A stretch of 64,000 nucleotides of DNA from positions 2,914,001-2,978,000 of the forward strand of contig NW_025766991.1 in NCBI RefSeq assembly GCF_003918875.1, written 5' to 3'. Made by a program: the position numbers and the translations under genes. The stretch's first letter is position 1. The number at the start of each line of letters is the position of its first letter. Shown here in pieces: positions 63,273 through 64,000 of this stretch. This stretch comes from Haliotis rubra (taxonomy: Eukaryota). The notes beneath the pieces are model-generated. The model saw only the letters and a list, made by a program, of their open reading frames with translations, ran no database searches and was not told the DNA's origin.

Positions 63273-63440
63273 GGATGGTGGGGTAACCTAATGCATGGTT
63301 AAAGCGTTGGCTCGTCACGCCGAAGACCCGGGTTCGATTCCCCACATGGGTACAATGTGTGAACTCCATTTCTGGTGTCCCCCGCTGTAGTATTGTTGGA
63401 ATATTGCTAAAAGCGGCGTAAAACCATACTCACTAACTCA
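63273..63440 (+). mobile_element. SINE family B
   Basis: Matches the family consensus. Confidence 0.85.
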
Positions 63441-64000
63441 TGAATCAAGTTGTATACACTGACTTGAAATCCACGAGGAAGCGAATCACCTCTTAATTTA
63501 CTGGACTCCTTTACCCATATCTGTAAATAATACTGTCACGATAACGTGCTCGGATTACATTAGCCCGGCACCATGAGTGGAAAATTTATTCCATGAAACC
63601 AAAAACTAATTTATGATGATAAATTAACAAATCCAGTAGCTCTATTCGACATCAGTCCGACGTAAGCGTAAAGAATGCATTGTGTAATAAAAAAACTAAT
63701 AAAGAATATATATTGGTCTAAGGTGGTCACACGTTGTAGATGTATATTGGCTTTCCGACTAATTGGAAGTCTAGTACAGAGAGAACAGAGAAAGATCGTT
63801 TCAGTAGAGAATGGTTGACGTGGCTTCATATAACACCATGGGGAATAGGGGTAGCCTAGTGGTCAAAGCGTTCTCTCGTCACGTTCGATAACCGGGTTCG
63901 ATTCCCCTCATGGGTACAATGTGTGAAATATTGCTGGAATATTGCGTAACATCACACCATCCCACCCACTCGTATAACGCTGCTTTATGTGACCCATGAA

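Overview
Eukaryotic (animal) genomic DNA. The repeat repertoire suggests a mollusc, possibly abalone, but this is unverified. The window holds most of a large minus-strand gene for ubiquitin-specific protease 34 (USP34): ATG at 60338, 62 GT-AG exons traced by hand down to 355, continuing off the left edge. The introns are full of SINEs, MITEs, an L2-like LINE remnant and minisatellites. Main highlight: a 3.3-kb piggyBac (27472-30778) with an intact 565-aa transposase also carries a second, convergent, fully open 4-exon gene (27597-28497, +, 125 aa) that the ORF track misses. Its core resembles the P2X7 C-terminal 'ballast'/Kolobok KolX motif, so this is a candidate two-gene piggyBac. At this element the flanks do not rejoin and about 150 aa of conserved USP34 are missing. 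Four downstream exons carry frameshifts, which could be a disrupted copy or assembly error. Six USP34 exon ends have been tandemly duplicated, five of them with the splice donor intact. A Penelope-type hammerhead hairpin sits upstream of the gene. All homology calls come from my recall of these families, not from database searches.
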